A DNA stretch of 35,964 nt from contig CAJINV010000001.1 of assembly GCA_905178155.1 (NCBI GenBank), forward strand, positions 16,465,192 through 16,501,155, in the 5' to 3' direction. Positions 24,020-35,964 of the stretch are shown one piece after another. This DNA comes from Amoebophrya sp. A120. Lineage: Eukaryota; Protista; Dinoflagellata. The notes beneath the pieces are model-generated. The model had not been told where the DNA came from. It saw only the letters and a list, made by a program, of their open reading frames with translations, and did not search any database. Numbering within the stretch: position 1 is the stretch's first letter; each line of letters opens with the position of its first letter. Made by a program: the position numbers and the translations under genes.

Positions 24020-25542
24020 CTTCCAGTCCATCGGAAAAAAACGCTGACATTGCGGAAGAAAGTCCAAGTTCTGTAGATGCCTGGGCATAATTTCTAACAG
24101 GTCGCAGTAGGATACGTGTTGCCACGGCTCGCGCTGGCGCTCGCAGGGCTGGGCATGAAGAATTGCGAGCGCCGTGGCGAAAATATACACTGCTCGTAGA
24201 TGTTACGCTCCAACAAGAATAGAAGTACTTATTGTCGAGCCGTGTCTTGAATGACGAATAGAAGAAGTTGTCCCTGGCTCGCTTTGTGAATTTTGTACAA
24301 TTTTAGCTTGACTGTGGCAGAAACTCCAAGTCCAACTGACATAGATATTCCCTTTACAATAATCTGAAGAAAAAATTATGTGAGCTCATGGTAATGAAAG
24401 AGAAGATGAAGACCGCTAAGGATCCGTAGTGATTCGCGTCGGAAGTTTCGGCCGCTTTCTTTTTTTGCCGCCCTACTCCTTAATGTACAATTTTTGCATG
24501 ATAGATAGGCTCTGAGGCTGCACGAGAGCCATACTTTGCTGATGTAGTGAATAATGAAACTACCCTGCAGCCGCGGAGAAGTCGATACGTCGTCTTCTAA
24601 TCTTTGACTGGGGTATGGAACCTATGGTGTTTGGCAGGTGACGCCAAATGATGATGGATTACGTCAGCAAGTGGAAAAGTTTGTACCTCTAAGTGTTCGA
24701 AAAAAGACAAGTGACTTTCTAAAGTCCAAGATGAGTTCGGAAAAATTACGAGGGATGCATGAGTATGAAATAAGTCGTGGTGCTGAGGCAAATACTTTGA
24801 CGATGATCGTGGTGCTCATTCAAAAAACGGCAATGAATAAGATCGTGGTGGTTTTTGGAAAATACAGATCTGAAATGGATATCAATGTCGCTCAGTGGTG
24901 GCAGAGAAGCACGGGTCAGGAAAGTACATATGTATCAACTCAAATAATACGACTGCAAAATGTGGATCATGGTATTCGTTCGTTCCCTAGATGCAAGATC
25001 GCATTTCTATTCTACCGTGAGCTCAACCGCCCTGCCTTTTTTTAGTTTCACTTCCTTTTCCATGATGGATGCAAAATTTTGTCAGGCGAAACCGCTTGCG
25101 CTCTTCGTTGAACTGAGTACGAATAGTATATCCAAAAGCGTAGTATTTGGTCTTTATTTTCCTCGCTAGTTGTAGTTTTAAAGGTAGTCCTAGTCCTTCA
25201 TTGTGGCAATACTAACTAACTAACTATTCCCGACATTCAAAACAAAGTAACATAGCAAAAAAATTGTGAAAGGCCGCTCGTGTGAGTGTGTGAAAGGGTG
25301 TGTCGCCGTTAAGTACGTGTCTCTTTCGTCATTCTCAACGACAACGCATGTTTGATACCAGGAAAAGTAAGATTAAGTTTAAGGTAGGCAATCCAAATCT
25401 CGTGTCAAGCTTTGCAGAAGCGAAGTATATCTTGGCGCAGCCAACTACAAAGAACACGAACATGAACAAGATTAAGACTGACAAACATCTGAAGATGCGG
25501 CTGCAAGATTCCACTATTTCCTTCAGTGCCGGAACACCAAGG

Positions 25543-28500
25543 ATGCTCGCCAGGCGTCTTTTTTGCCTCCTCCTTGCTTTCGTAGGGCAAGCCACGGCAT
25601 CCCTGCTGTCTGCGGCTTCCTCAAGAGGGCATGCATTGGCTCGTCCGTGGCTAGGCAAAGCCTGGGAAAAAATGAAGTGCGGCGCAGGCGTAGAGAGACT
25701 GTGTGAAGAAAGATTGGATTTGCTCGTAAGCCTTCAGAGACGGCTCCTGATAGCGCCTCGGGTTACATCGCGCTCCGTACCGGAAGACGTCGCGGATGAT
25801 GTCATGTTCCACCTGGTGACAGTTCTTGGGACGCAACTTGCGAATTTGGATTTGGGTAGGGATGTCGCTGGGCACCCAGTCAACTTCACCTTGCTCAAAA
25901 CTCGTGCTTCGGTGGAGGACGTGTTCGAAAAGATTTTTGGCAGAATCTGGAGCTCGGGCGCGGCAGACAGCGAAATGCGCCTCGAAAAATGGAAAGAGGA
26001 CCTAGCGACATGCCGTGCACTAATTTTCGATTTCGATCATGGGCCGAACCAGAGCATTTTTATCGAAAGCGAGCAGATTGTACTCACGGCCACCTGCATG
26101 GGTAATTATATATGATTATTCTAGTTTACTTGATGCGATAGGATATCTGCGACCTGTGCATACATCTCCCAGCATGCCTTTCTGCAGTGAGCGCGACGGC
26201 TTGGGCTTTTTGCGGCGTGGGATGAATATGAAAAACGCTCAATGAACTGATTTATTCGGTTTCAGTAGCAGATGTGCATGTTTTTAGCCAGATCCGCTGC
26301 ACTCTTCAGGCCGAATAACGCTTCTGACTACTGGTGTGCTGATCCGAATCATGCCTGCAAGATGAAGATGGAGCATGTGTGCGTGGATTTTGTGGGAATT
26401 CGTTGAAATATATCACTCATCGTCATCTTTCTATCGTGCGCGGATCAACAGCGTAATTTTCCTTATCGTTGCGAAATTCCATATTACAGGCCTCGGACCT
26501 AAGAAGTGGGGACAAAGCCTACTGCAGAACATCAACCCGAGGGACAACTCGCTGCGGAGCAAACAGATTCGCTACTGCCGCTTGCTGTACGTTATGTATT
26601 CAGGGGTTCAAGGCTCGGGAGAGGAACAAGAACGGCAGGGCGGAAGCCGCAGTTCAGGTCTCATGGAAGGGCGTTTGCGACCTATCGATTACCTAAGTAG
26701 GACAACCATAACGGAGCGCATGAACGAGGCAGCACCAATATGCGACATACCAGATGGAGTGATAAGTACTGGATTAGTTATTTTTTCCTGTTGCAAGAAC
26801 ATCCAATAGACCTTGATTTACTTTTGAGAGCAGTACTCCTGAATAGTGAAATCACCAGCGTAAGCCCGTTGTGTTTGTTGGTTGCATCAGTATGTAGTAA
26901 GTTTTGCCGCCTGTGCTCATGATAAATGAAGAGAAAATCTAATTCAAAATCGCAGACGATGCTGCAGCTAGTGGCATCGAGCCCCATATGTTCCTTGTTG
27001 AACTCGGCGTGTCTTTCCCGGATGGATCTTTTACTACTGTGTCGCCCGCTTTTCCTGTGTATCCCCTCCATGGTCACACCGAATTGCGGCTGCGGATCCA
27101 GGCAGCATTGGAAGGCTATACGCAGAGCAGGAGGAGTAAGAACTTGCCGAGTATTCCCTATGGGCGAGCGACTGGATTTCGTCTTGTTGTCCAGCAAGCG
27201 GCCCGCAGCGCTCTCGGCTATGCCCCTTCTTGGTTTATGGAGTCTACCAGGGCAGGCGAATGGAATGACTCGACAGGCATGCAGCGCTTCTGGGCCCGCG
27301 GAAGCGCAGGTCGCAGATCTGCGCCGGTGGAGGAAGAAATTCGAGAAAGGCGTCAGCGTCCAACGCGGGAGAGCAGGGCGGGCATCCCGAATGAAATTAT
27401 TTACGCACTATGCAGCACTTCTTCCATGGCGGGACTGTCAATTTCGCAGCGACCACAGACACGAGACGGCGTGGTTCACTATCTTCGGATGGAGCTTGAA
27501 GTAGAGGGTGGTGGTGCTTTAGAAGGAGGAGGAGCTACAGGTACTTCATGGTCGTTGTAAATCACACTAGGGCTGTTGATCATTTCTATTCGTTGATGGC
27601 GAGGCCATGGGGTTTTGTCCGCTAAGCTGTCTAGGCAGTCCGGACAGCTGACCATCGAGCTTTGAAGACAGATACATACAAGACGGAGAGATCAAGGACT
27701 GAAACGTCCTTGCATAGCCCGCGAAAAGGAAAACAGAAATTGGCCATTGTCTTTATGTAAATATACCAGGTTCGATTGCGCCATCGGACCCGCCTTCCGG
27801 ATCGGACGGGTTCGGGGGTACCGGACCTAGACCACCCCGCCGGGGACCTCGAGATAACCACGGAAATGGATCTAACGCACCACGCGACCAACCAGCTTCC
27901 ACTCATACTCCCCAATTGGGAAATTTCCAATCCCCCGGACAGCCGCAGTCGTCTATGATGGTCGAGTTAGATCTTCTGAAGTTCAATTTCATCGGGGTAA
28001 TTAACACAAATTTCACGCAGAGCGAGTATCTTGCGACATGGTGGAATCCAGAGGGGCAATGCATCAACGAAGAGCAAGACCCAAGCATTTTTTCCGGCAG
28101 CCTGTGCACCGACGAAGAGTTGCAAGATTCGCCCTACTGCAAAAGGATTGCTCCTTTGCAGCCACTGGAAACGCATATATTAGATAGTCCTGGCGTGCGG
28201 GATGTCTGCCGCGCGAATAGCACCACTAGGTTCTACGATTTTACCTCCGGCTTCGACCCTGCTCGCCGTCGTCCTGACGGGGCCCTCCCCCTCACGACGA
28301 CGGCTACCATGATGCCTACCCAGGTACGAAACCTGTTTTGCCTACAGCTTCGTAATTCCTGTAGGATAATTTGGGCTTGGTTGAATTGTTGTACAACTTG
28401 TACTTTTGCTTTACATTGATGTATATCATTCGCTGTCGAAGAGCTAAAAGAAGCTCGTTTTACCTCGTCTTTGCTCTCTGCGTGGAGCCACGCGACCAGT

Positions 28501-30762
28501 GCGTGCACGAGTGGGGACACAACGTTAAGTAGACAAAAAGGAGATGGAAGAAATCTCTTGCGGTTTCAGAATCAGAACCGAAGTGCATACACTTGCAAAT
28601 CGGAAATCCAAATCAAAACTACAAAACAGCAAGTCATGGTTACGAGAGTCCCAGCAAGCGATGGAAATGCGCACGGCCTTGGGATCGTCGCTGCATACAC
28701 CCCCCTGCCTACTGGTCTGAATTACATCCGTGAGGCCGACGGCAAGGAGTACACGCCTCGTGAGTATGAGGCGGGGCGCTACGCGGTACTCAAATATCTG
28801 CTGCTGAAGCTTGCGTCCTATGTTGAAAAGGAGGTGAAGAACCCGAGCCGTTTCCTCTGGCACGGCGAGCCGGTTCGTGATGTCCAAACCGAGTGGCCGG
28901 ATCTGCTTCAAAACCAGCGCAAAATAATCGAGCCGGGAATGTGGTTTGTGGCGAGTCGCATGCATGCTTTTCTCAGAGCGGCGCAATTGATAAATACCGC
29001 CGTGGCCAGGATAAGGGAGGGGTCCCAGGTTTTGCCTCACGGTGCTCCTCAACAAGCGCAAGAAGCGAACACGCAACTGTCTCCCACAATGCCGGGCGCG
29101 GTTCCCCAAGGTTCGTCTTTGGCTGGCGCTGCAGTGGGAGGCGTAGCTACGGAGAGCGCTGCAGCGATGGACACTGCCACTTCTGAGGATGAGGGCGAAG
29201 ATGGGTCAACAGGCAGTGGAGACGGTCCGGGGGGTGCGCCTCAGGTTGCCGACGAAGCTCTCCTCGCTCAGACACAGGACCGAACCTTGCTGGCCAACAA
29301 CCGCGTGGTGCATTTTGTTGGCAACTGTGCCCAGGTCTGTCTGCAAATTTACACCGACATGGGTGGCACCGGCGTTACAACCGATCTGGCGTCCTCCCTG
29401 CTACCCGAGATTCTGCAGAACATCTCGGTGATCGCGCAGGTCGTGCAGCGACACCTCGCGTTGGCCAGTCGAAGCCTCCGCACGATCTTGCAGCTGCTAC
29501 TGCTAGTCGCAGTGCTTACGCGGACCACCTTCACAACGACCCCGACCGGATTCAATCTGCAGTTTAACGGCCCCGCCGCAGTGCCCACCTCCCTCGCCGA
29601 TGTCTCATCTGGGGGTGTCCTCATCGTGAAGGACATGGGCATGCTGTCTTGGGAAAGGCGGCGGGCGGCGTCCCGGCCCGCGGCCCGCCGTAAGAAATCC
29701 CCCGTCCGATCGATCAAACAAGCCTCCACGATGGAACAACCGCGGCCGCAGCCCGTGCTGTCGCAGTACTGCCTCGCGAATGGCCAGCCGGGGGCGAGCT
29801 ATTGCACGGTGGGAGATATTGATAAGGCCGCTTGTTGCAGCGTTTCCGGGGACATGTACGCGACGGGCAAGGAAAAATGGTGGTCGCACGAATTCAGCAA
29901 CACCTCCTTGCGCGTCACGATCGCGGCGCCGACCTGTGAGCCCGCGCTTTGGTCCCACCTGACGGACATCGTTGGCGCACAGGTGCTGCAGCACGCAAAC
30001 GACGCTGGCACCGCGCGTGCCATCACCACGGCCGTGCGGGAACACGGGTTGTCCCCGTGCGAAGTGCGCATCAACGACCGGTACGTACGGGAGGCTGAGT
30101 ACTGTTCCGCGAAAGGCGACGAGCACCAGTTCGTGTACTGTCCGCAGCCCGGCAACGGGGCCAAGGAGTGCATTCAGCGTCGCGTAGTATCCGAGTATGC
30201 TGCTGGGACTGACAGGGGCGTCGTGGGGTCCCGGTGGGCCACGGTGGAAGGCGAGCCTGAAAAGTGCGATGGCTACGACCTGGAAGAGCTGGGCCGCCGG
30301 CTCTCCAAACTGTCGGTGCAGAATCGGCCAAAGAGGTGCGTCGACGGGGAGCTCCAGGTGCTCCGCACCCTTGGTGGTGATGGAGGTGGCGATGACCAAA
30401 ACCGCGACGAGGGTGTGCGGCGCGGCTTTGGGAAACTGCTAGCCGAGGTGTCCAAGAAAATTTTCCCGTGGTCCGCGCAGCAGAGAACGACGCCGTCCGA
30501 GCCAGAGCATGTTCTCCATCTCGAGCGCAGCTACCACTCCGCGCAGGTGGACAAGCGAGAGCAGTGGAAACAACGCGAAGCAGCGGAGGCAAAGCTTTTG
30601 CGCAAACAAACGGGAGGACGAACAGTTCGGGGACAAGACCGATCGCAGCCGGATAGAGGCACGCGCGGGCGAAACGCTTCTAAGCGCGACACGAGAGGTC
30701 AGCGGCGCGGGAAGAAAAGCTGGAAAAAGGTCCTGAAGCCCGGCGGGGAGAGAAAGAAATAA
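25543..30762 (+). CDS. Large multi-exon secretory-pathway protein, divergent HAP2/GCS1 (fusexin)-like N-terminal half; approximate exons 25543..26101, 26142..26186 or 26216, 26288..26376, 26490..~26690, 26956..27540, 27770..28323, 28630..30762
   Basis: Signal peptide MLARRLFCLLLAFVGQATA; most junctions are GT-AG and phase-consistent; several motifs occur in HAP2 order; basic C-terminal tail. The gene's existence is well supported; the family call is tentative and rests on recalled sequences. Confidence 0.55.
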
Positions 30763-32539
30763 GAGTGGCTACGACAACGAAACTTCGAATTGGTTTCGGA
30801 CGAAGGAGTAACAGCGCCGTTTGCAATAAACACCAGCCGGGCGGGACGCTGCTGTCAATTATTGCAAGAAGCATTGGAGGACTTGAATTTCTTTTCCGTG
30901 GCGAGACAGCCTTGGCTGAGCCTCTGTATCCATGGTGTAAATGGAATTGATAAATGGTGCTCGTCTACGTTTTCCAAGAAAAAGTAGTGCTCTCTTAGTC
31001 CTGATCGATTTATTTGACCTGTATGATCTTTTACTTACACATTCTCACGCTCTATGATGAACGTTGACTGCGTAGCCTCACATTCTAGCTTTGGAACTGC
31101 TACGAAGTGAAGACGGGCGTGTATGCACTCACAAACAGAAATAGGGGGTTGCGTGCATGACTTAGAATAGACAAAGAAATGGTGACAAGTTTTGATGTGA
31201 GCGTTGAAGTTTGACGTAAGTTTACGTTTTTTTTTCCCGCTGAAGCATTTTTCTTCTTTACACGTGAAACGTGAAACGAACGGATTTTCACAGAGCAGGA
31301 GTTTACCATCAGAAAAAGCACGGAGACTGCTACAATAAGGCGCGGCGCCAACATCCTCTTCAACCACAGCAAAAGTAATGACCTATAGTATGAGTTTTGA
31401 AGCTCGAGAAGCTTTTCACCAGTAGTAGAAGAAACGCCCGAAGGCATATGGTGACCGGAACATAAAGTAGTGCTTCCTTCATTATGCGGTCCACTAACAT
31501 GAATGATTTACTCAACATGAAGGTTCAGCCTCTGTACTAACAATTTTAACCAACATGAAGGAAAGTTTATCGCTTATGACGCCAACTTTAGTTTGAATTG
31601 GAATTCCTGGATTACTCGACTTTCTTTTCGTTGTATATGTATTGAAGAATTGCCTGACCTACACAAAGAATGACGCTTAAGTACTACAAAGAATCTGAAC
31701 GGCGCGAACGCGGCCAGTTCTTTTTGGGAAGGCAAAGTAAGTAGCTGTAGCTAGACTCGAGTGTATAATCAGCATACTTCCAAGTGAGATGGACAAGGTG
31801 GTGACATCACAACAAGCTCTGCGCAGTGGATGATCCAAGGGACAGAAATGAGAAAAATAGTCGTGCCCTGCGCTCTATTTCTGTAAGCGATTTTTGTTTT
31901 GTGGTGTTCCTGTGGTCTGACCTCGCACAAGGAAGCTGCTCTCGTGAATCGTGGCAATGGTCTGCCGTATGTGCTATTGAGTTTGCCTGCTTTGCTGCTC
32001 TTGCTCTTCTCCGTTTCGATCCAAAATGAGAAGCGAAGCTAATATTAGACCGGAAATGTCAAACACCTTTTCTTTGTGCAGTCGACATTTAGAGACCCAA
32101 ACTTTCCTGAGGTGAAGAAGAATGACGAACACGACGATGGAAATGCAACGAGCCCTCTTCTAAAGTAGTTAAAACTAATGCATAGGTAGCGATATCCCGG
32201 CAGTCTTGGATCTCTATTGCAAAACTTGATTGGAGTCGAGCATGTGCTTATCCTGGTTGTATCTCAAACACCCTCTTTCATTGTTCTGCAGCGGAGCCCA
32301 GCAAGTACTTCCGTTCATCACTGTAACGTAGCCATGTGTAAGCCCACGGATGAGTAGTACTTACAAGTCTCTAGCTTGTATTGCAGACATGCATTACATG
32401 CCAAAAAAAATGCCAATTTTCTTAAGGTAAAAGCGCGCCTTTTTAGTGCTAATTCGAGTCATTTTAGTGCAAAACTGGTCTTGTTAAGTCAAAAGAGACG
32501 AAAACGACGAAAATGCGCACGGTGGCTTCACCTAGTTAA

Positions 32540-33700
32540 GCCCATGACTCGCAACCCTCTAATAGAATTGATAGCCGGAAAACTTCCCCGGAGACCTTCG
32601 GGGGACAGAAGCGCGATAATTTGGCAAACGAAGAGCCTCTGAAAAGTATTTTTCGAAAAGTGCATCTGAGGCGCATCTGAGAGCTAGCGTTTGAAAAGTG
32701 AAAAATCAGTGATTTTTCACTTTTTCAAAATTTTCTGAAGTCGACGGAGCGTGCAACTCTTTCCAGGTTGACAAGTTTCGAAAAGTGGAAATCATTTAGA
32801 AGTGAAAAAGCACTGACTTTATTCTACTTCTCAATGATTTTCATTCCGGAAGAGTGAACGCGGCCTCGACTCGCGAAAATTTTCAAAAAGTGAAAAATCA
32901 CTGATTTTTCACTTTTTGAAAAGTTTCACACACTCTGAGAAACGCGGCTACGACTCCAGAGTGAAAATTTTCAAAAAGTGAAAAATCAGTGATTTTCACC
33001 TTTGAAAAATTTTCATTTTGGAGTTCAAGCCGCGCTCACCCTTCTCAGAGTGAAAATTTTCAAAAAGTGAAAAATCACTGATTTTTCACTACTTTTCTCG
33101 AAGGTACCCGTGGTCTCGAAGGCCTCCGTGGCCACGGGTACCTTCGAGAAAAGTAGTGAAAAATCAGTGATTTTTCACTTTTGAAAAATTTTCACTTTTG
33201 AGGCGAAGCCGCGTTTCTCAGAGTGTATGAAAATTTTCAAAAAGTGAAAAATCACTGATTTTCCACTTTTGAAAAAATTTCACTTTGGGGCCTCGACTCC
33301 AGAAAATTTTCAAAAAGTGAAAAATCACTGACTTTTCACTTTTGAAAGATTCCCACTCTGGAGGCGAAGTCGCGTTCACTCTTCCCAGAGTGAAGCAAGG
33401 CCGTCGGGCCGGTGGGCAAGTTTGTGAAAGCGCCTCGCGCTGCTCTTCCGCGATTTCTTAACTACTTATGAGCGAGCTGTAGGAGGCCTTGAGTTAATTT
33501 GGGCAGCGGCTCCTGTTCATGCGAGCAAGCTGCAGACTTGCAGTGTCCCTCCGATCCTCGCACTGTTGGAAAGGCTTTTTGAGTCTCAGACGAACGAAAA
33601 AGCGCGCGCAAACTATCGAACTTGCGCGATTTTTGTCCCTCGAAGGCGTCCGGAGAAATTTTCCGGCGAAAAGGAAGGGGCTTTTGCGAGTCATGTTTAA
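32540..33700. repeat. Subtelomeric foldback (large imperfect inverted repeat built from palindromic modules), centre about 33122
   Basis: 51-bp perfect arms at 33063-33113 and 33132-33182; repeated module aaaagtgaaaaatca(g/c)tgatttttcactttt; outer matches such as catgactcgc (~32544) with gcgagtcatg (~33686). Confidence 0.85.
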
Positions 33701-33820
33701 GCCTAAAAATTGCGCAAATGCGCAAAAATGCAAAAACTAAAACAAAAAGGCCGCAAATTTATCAAACTAGGCACAAAAGTGCGCCACTTTGCGCATTCTC
33801 TAAAAATGCGCAAAATCGCT

Positions 33821-35086
33821 ACAAGGCGCGCGCCGATGATTTTGCAGAGGTTCGCAGCGCGCTGGCGTTGTCGCACCCGTAGAGCCAACTGCCGGCAGTT
33901 TGGTTGCGCTTAAGACCAAAATTCGCCGAAAGAGCTCCTCTCAGCTCAAAAAAGAACAAAAACGCGACAAAATAAACGAAATACGACAAAAAGACAGCGA
34001 AAGAAACCAACCCAAGGCACTTTGGTCGTTTTTAGGTCCAGCATGCGCCGAGCGCGCTCCTTTTGGCTCGAAAAGGCGCAAAAGCGCAACAAAATAGAGG
34101 ACAAAAGCAGCGGAAAGACAACAAAAATGGACGGCAAAGACAAAACGAGGACAATGTCGCCTCTCTTAGCGCAAAACTTAAGCGACTGCGACGCTTCTCG
34201 GGCTTGATAACTCGAAAATGGGCAAAATCTGCAAGCTGTAGCGCAAAAAGGGCAAAAATGCCACACAAGTGCAGAAAAAAAGCAAAAAACGCCAGCGAGC
34301 AACTCCGCTGCGCTCAGGTATGCAAGCAGAAAAACGCCGCGCGGTCATCACCTAGAGCCGAAAGCGCTAAAATACCGCCCACACCAAGAAGCAGGCCGCT
34401 GGCTGGCAAGACGCACCGGCCTCCGGGATTACATTACATGCCAAACCAGCAACAAGGCGCGCGTCGATGATTTTGCAGAGGTGCGCAGCGCGCTGGCGTG
34501 GCCGCACCCGTCGACCCAACCTCCGGCAGTAAGTTTGGTTGCACTTAGGACCAAAATTCGCCAAAAGACCTCCCCTCAGCTCAAAAAAGCGCAAAAACGC
34601 GGCAAAATGAACGAAATACGGCAAAAAGACAACGAAAGAAACCAGCCCCAGACACTTTGGTCGTTGTTAGGTCCAACATGCGCCGAACGAGCTCCCTTTG
34701 GCTCGAAAAGGCGCAATAACGCAACAAAATAGAGGGCAAAAGCAGCGAAAAGACAACAAAAATGGACGGCAAAGACAAAGCGAGGACACTGTCGCCACTT
34801 TTAGCGCAAAAATTTAGCGGCTGCGACGCCTCTCGTGCTTGATAGGTCGAAAATGGGCAAAATCTGCAAGCTGTAGAGCAAAAAGGGCAAAAGCGCCACG
34901 CCAATGCAGAAAAAGAGCAAAAACGCCAGCAAGCCACGCACTCCGCTGCGCTCAGGTATGCAGAAAAACGCCACGCGGTCATCACCTAGAGCCAAAAACG
35001 CTAAAACACCGCCCACACCAAGAAGCAGGCCGCTGGCTGGCAAGGCGCGCCGGCCTCCGGGATTGCATTACATGCCAAACCAGCAA
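33821..35086 (+). repeat. Tandem duplication, two diverged units of about 631 bp (33821-34451, 34452-35086)
   Basis: Both units begin acaaggcgcgcg(c/t)cgatgattttgcagagg and end cattacatgccaaaccagcaa, and are colinear throughout. Confidence 0.9.
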
Positions 35087-35767
35087 AAGGCCGCAAGGGC
35101 GCGCGGCTTTTCGCTGCTCTTTCAGGCTGCTTCGCGTATTAACTTGCACGGACGCCAAAAAAAGTTAGAGCCTTCTGAAAGCAAAGGCGGACCCTTTTGA
35201 TGCTAATTAGGCCCGTTCTAGTGCAAAATAAACGGGTCGCGCTAAGTTAAAAAACCAAAAACATTTTTACACGCAAAGGAAGACAGCGCCGAAATTTTTC
35301 GCGAACGTGGGGGAGGCGAAGCCCCCCGGCAGCGCAAGCTTGCGCGCGCTGCAAAAATTCAAAAAAAGTTTCTTTTTTCATTCGTTCCAATTGTCAGAAG
35401 ACCGGTGGTCTGATGTTCCACGATGAAGATCCTCGCTGTTTTGGTCCCGTTTGGACGCAAGAAGATGATCTAGATGATGATCAGACGATGATGTACATAG
35501 CACCTGTCTCAACACAAGATGAAGATGTACACTCGCAGTGCACCGATGCAAGTGCATGAACTCAGTGGATTCATTTGGAACGTTGTACACTTTCACAGGC
35601 TTAGGAGTTGCAGGGCTGAAGGCTCTCAGAACGTAAACACACACAACCCGCATGCGACCACGCGTGCTATGTACTTCGCGCGCTACATCTGGATCTGTGT
35701 CAACGTCGTGAGTTCACCCACAGCAACCAGTGACCATGTCGCATCCATCGTGTCTCGAGTGAGAGTC

Positions 35768-35964
35768 TGGGGTTTGGGGTTTGGGGTTTGGGGTTTGGGG
35801 TTTAGGGTTTAGGGTTTAGGGTTTAGGGTTTGGGGTTTAGGGTTTAGGGTTTAGGGTTTAGGGTTTGGGGTTTAGGGTTTAGGGTTTGGGGTTTAGGGTT
35901 TGGGGTTTAGGGTTTAGGGTTTGGGGTTTAGGGTTTAGGGTTTAGGGTTTAGGGTTTAGGGTTT
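35768..35964 (+). repeat. Telomeric repeat array, mixed TTTAGGG/TTTGGGG
   Basis: Uninterrupted 7-mer array running to the window end, with the G-rich strand oriented toward the end. Confidence 0.97.

Noticed and set aside
24597-25169. ORF 24638..25045 and neighbours
   Set aside because: No motif, signal or splice support; probably intergenic.
4958-30636. Many minus-strand and alternate-frame ORFs overlapping the main genes (e.g. 4958-5548, 17894-18562, 29605-30399)
   Set aside because: Shadow ORFs of GC-rich coding sequence with no recognisable motifs.
33462-35200. Lys/Arg-rich ORFs in the subtelomere
   Set aside because: They arise from A-rich repeats; the two repeat copies differ by frameshifting indels.

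Overview
Eukaryotic chromosome end: the window finishes in a mixed TTTAGGG/TTTGGGG telomere. All credible genes are intron-containing and lie on the + strand, pointing toward the telomere. Telomere type, unidirectional genes and an inverted-repeat-bounded non-canonical intron suggest an alveolate, probably a syndinian dinoflagellate such as Amoebophrya (inference). In order: (1) a ubiquitin-like + DUF285/BspA-type repeat protein; (2) a Cys-rich, membrane-anchored protein fragment; (3) three neighbouring genes that together carry four copies of an unrecognised Cys/Trp-rich domain of roughly 250-330 aa ('domain X') with two introns at identical positions in every copy. These are a tandem two-domain protein, a ~2100-aa MPS1/TTK-like kinase-TM-stalk-domain X protein with receptor-like topology, and a signal-peptide-bearing single-domain protein. 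(4) A multi-exon gene with several HAP2/GCS1 (fusexin)-like motifs. (5) A subtelomere with a ~1.2-kb foldback structure and a ~631-bp tandem duplication. Exon models were built by hand from splice signals, reading frame and paralog comparison; no database search was run.
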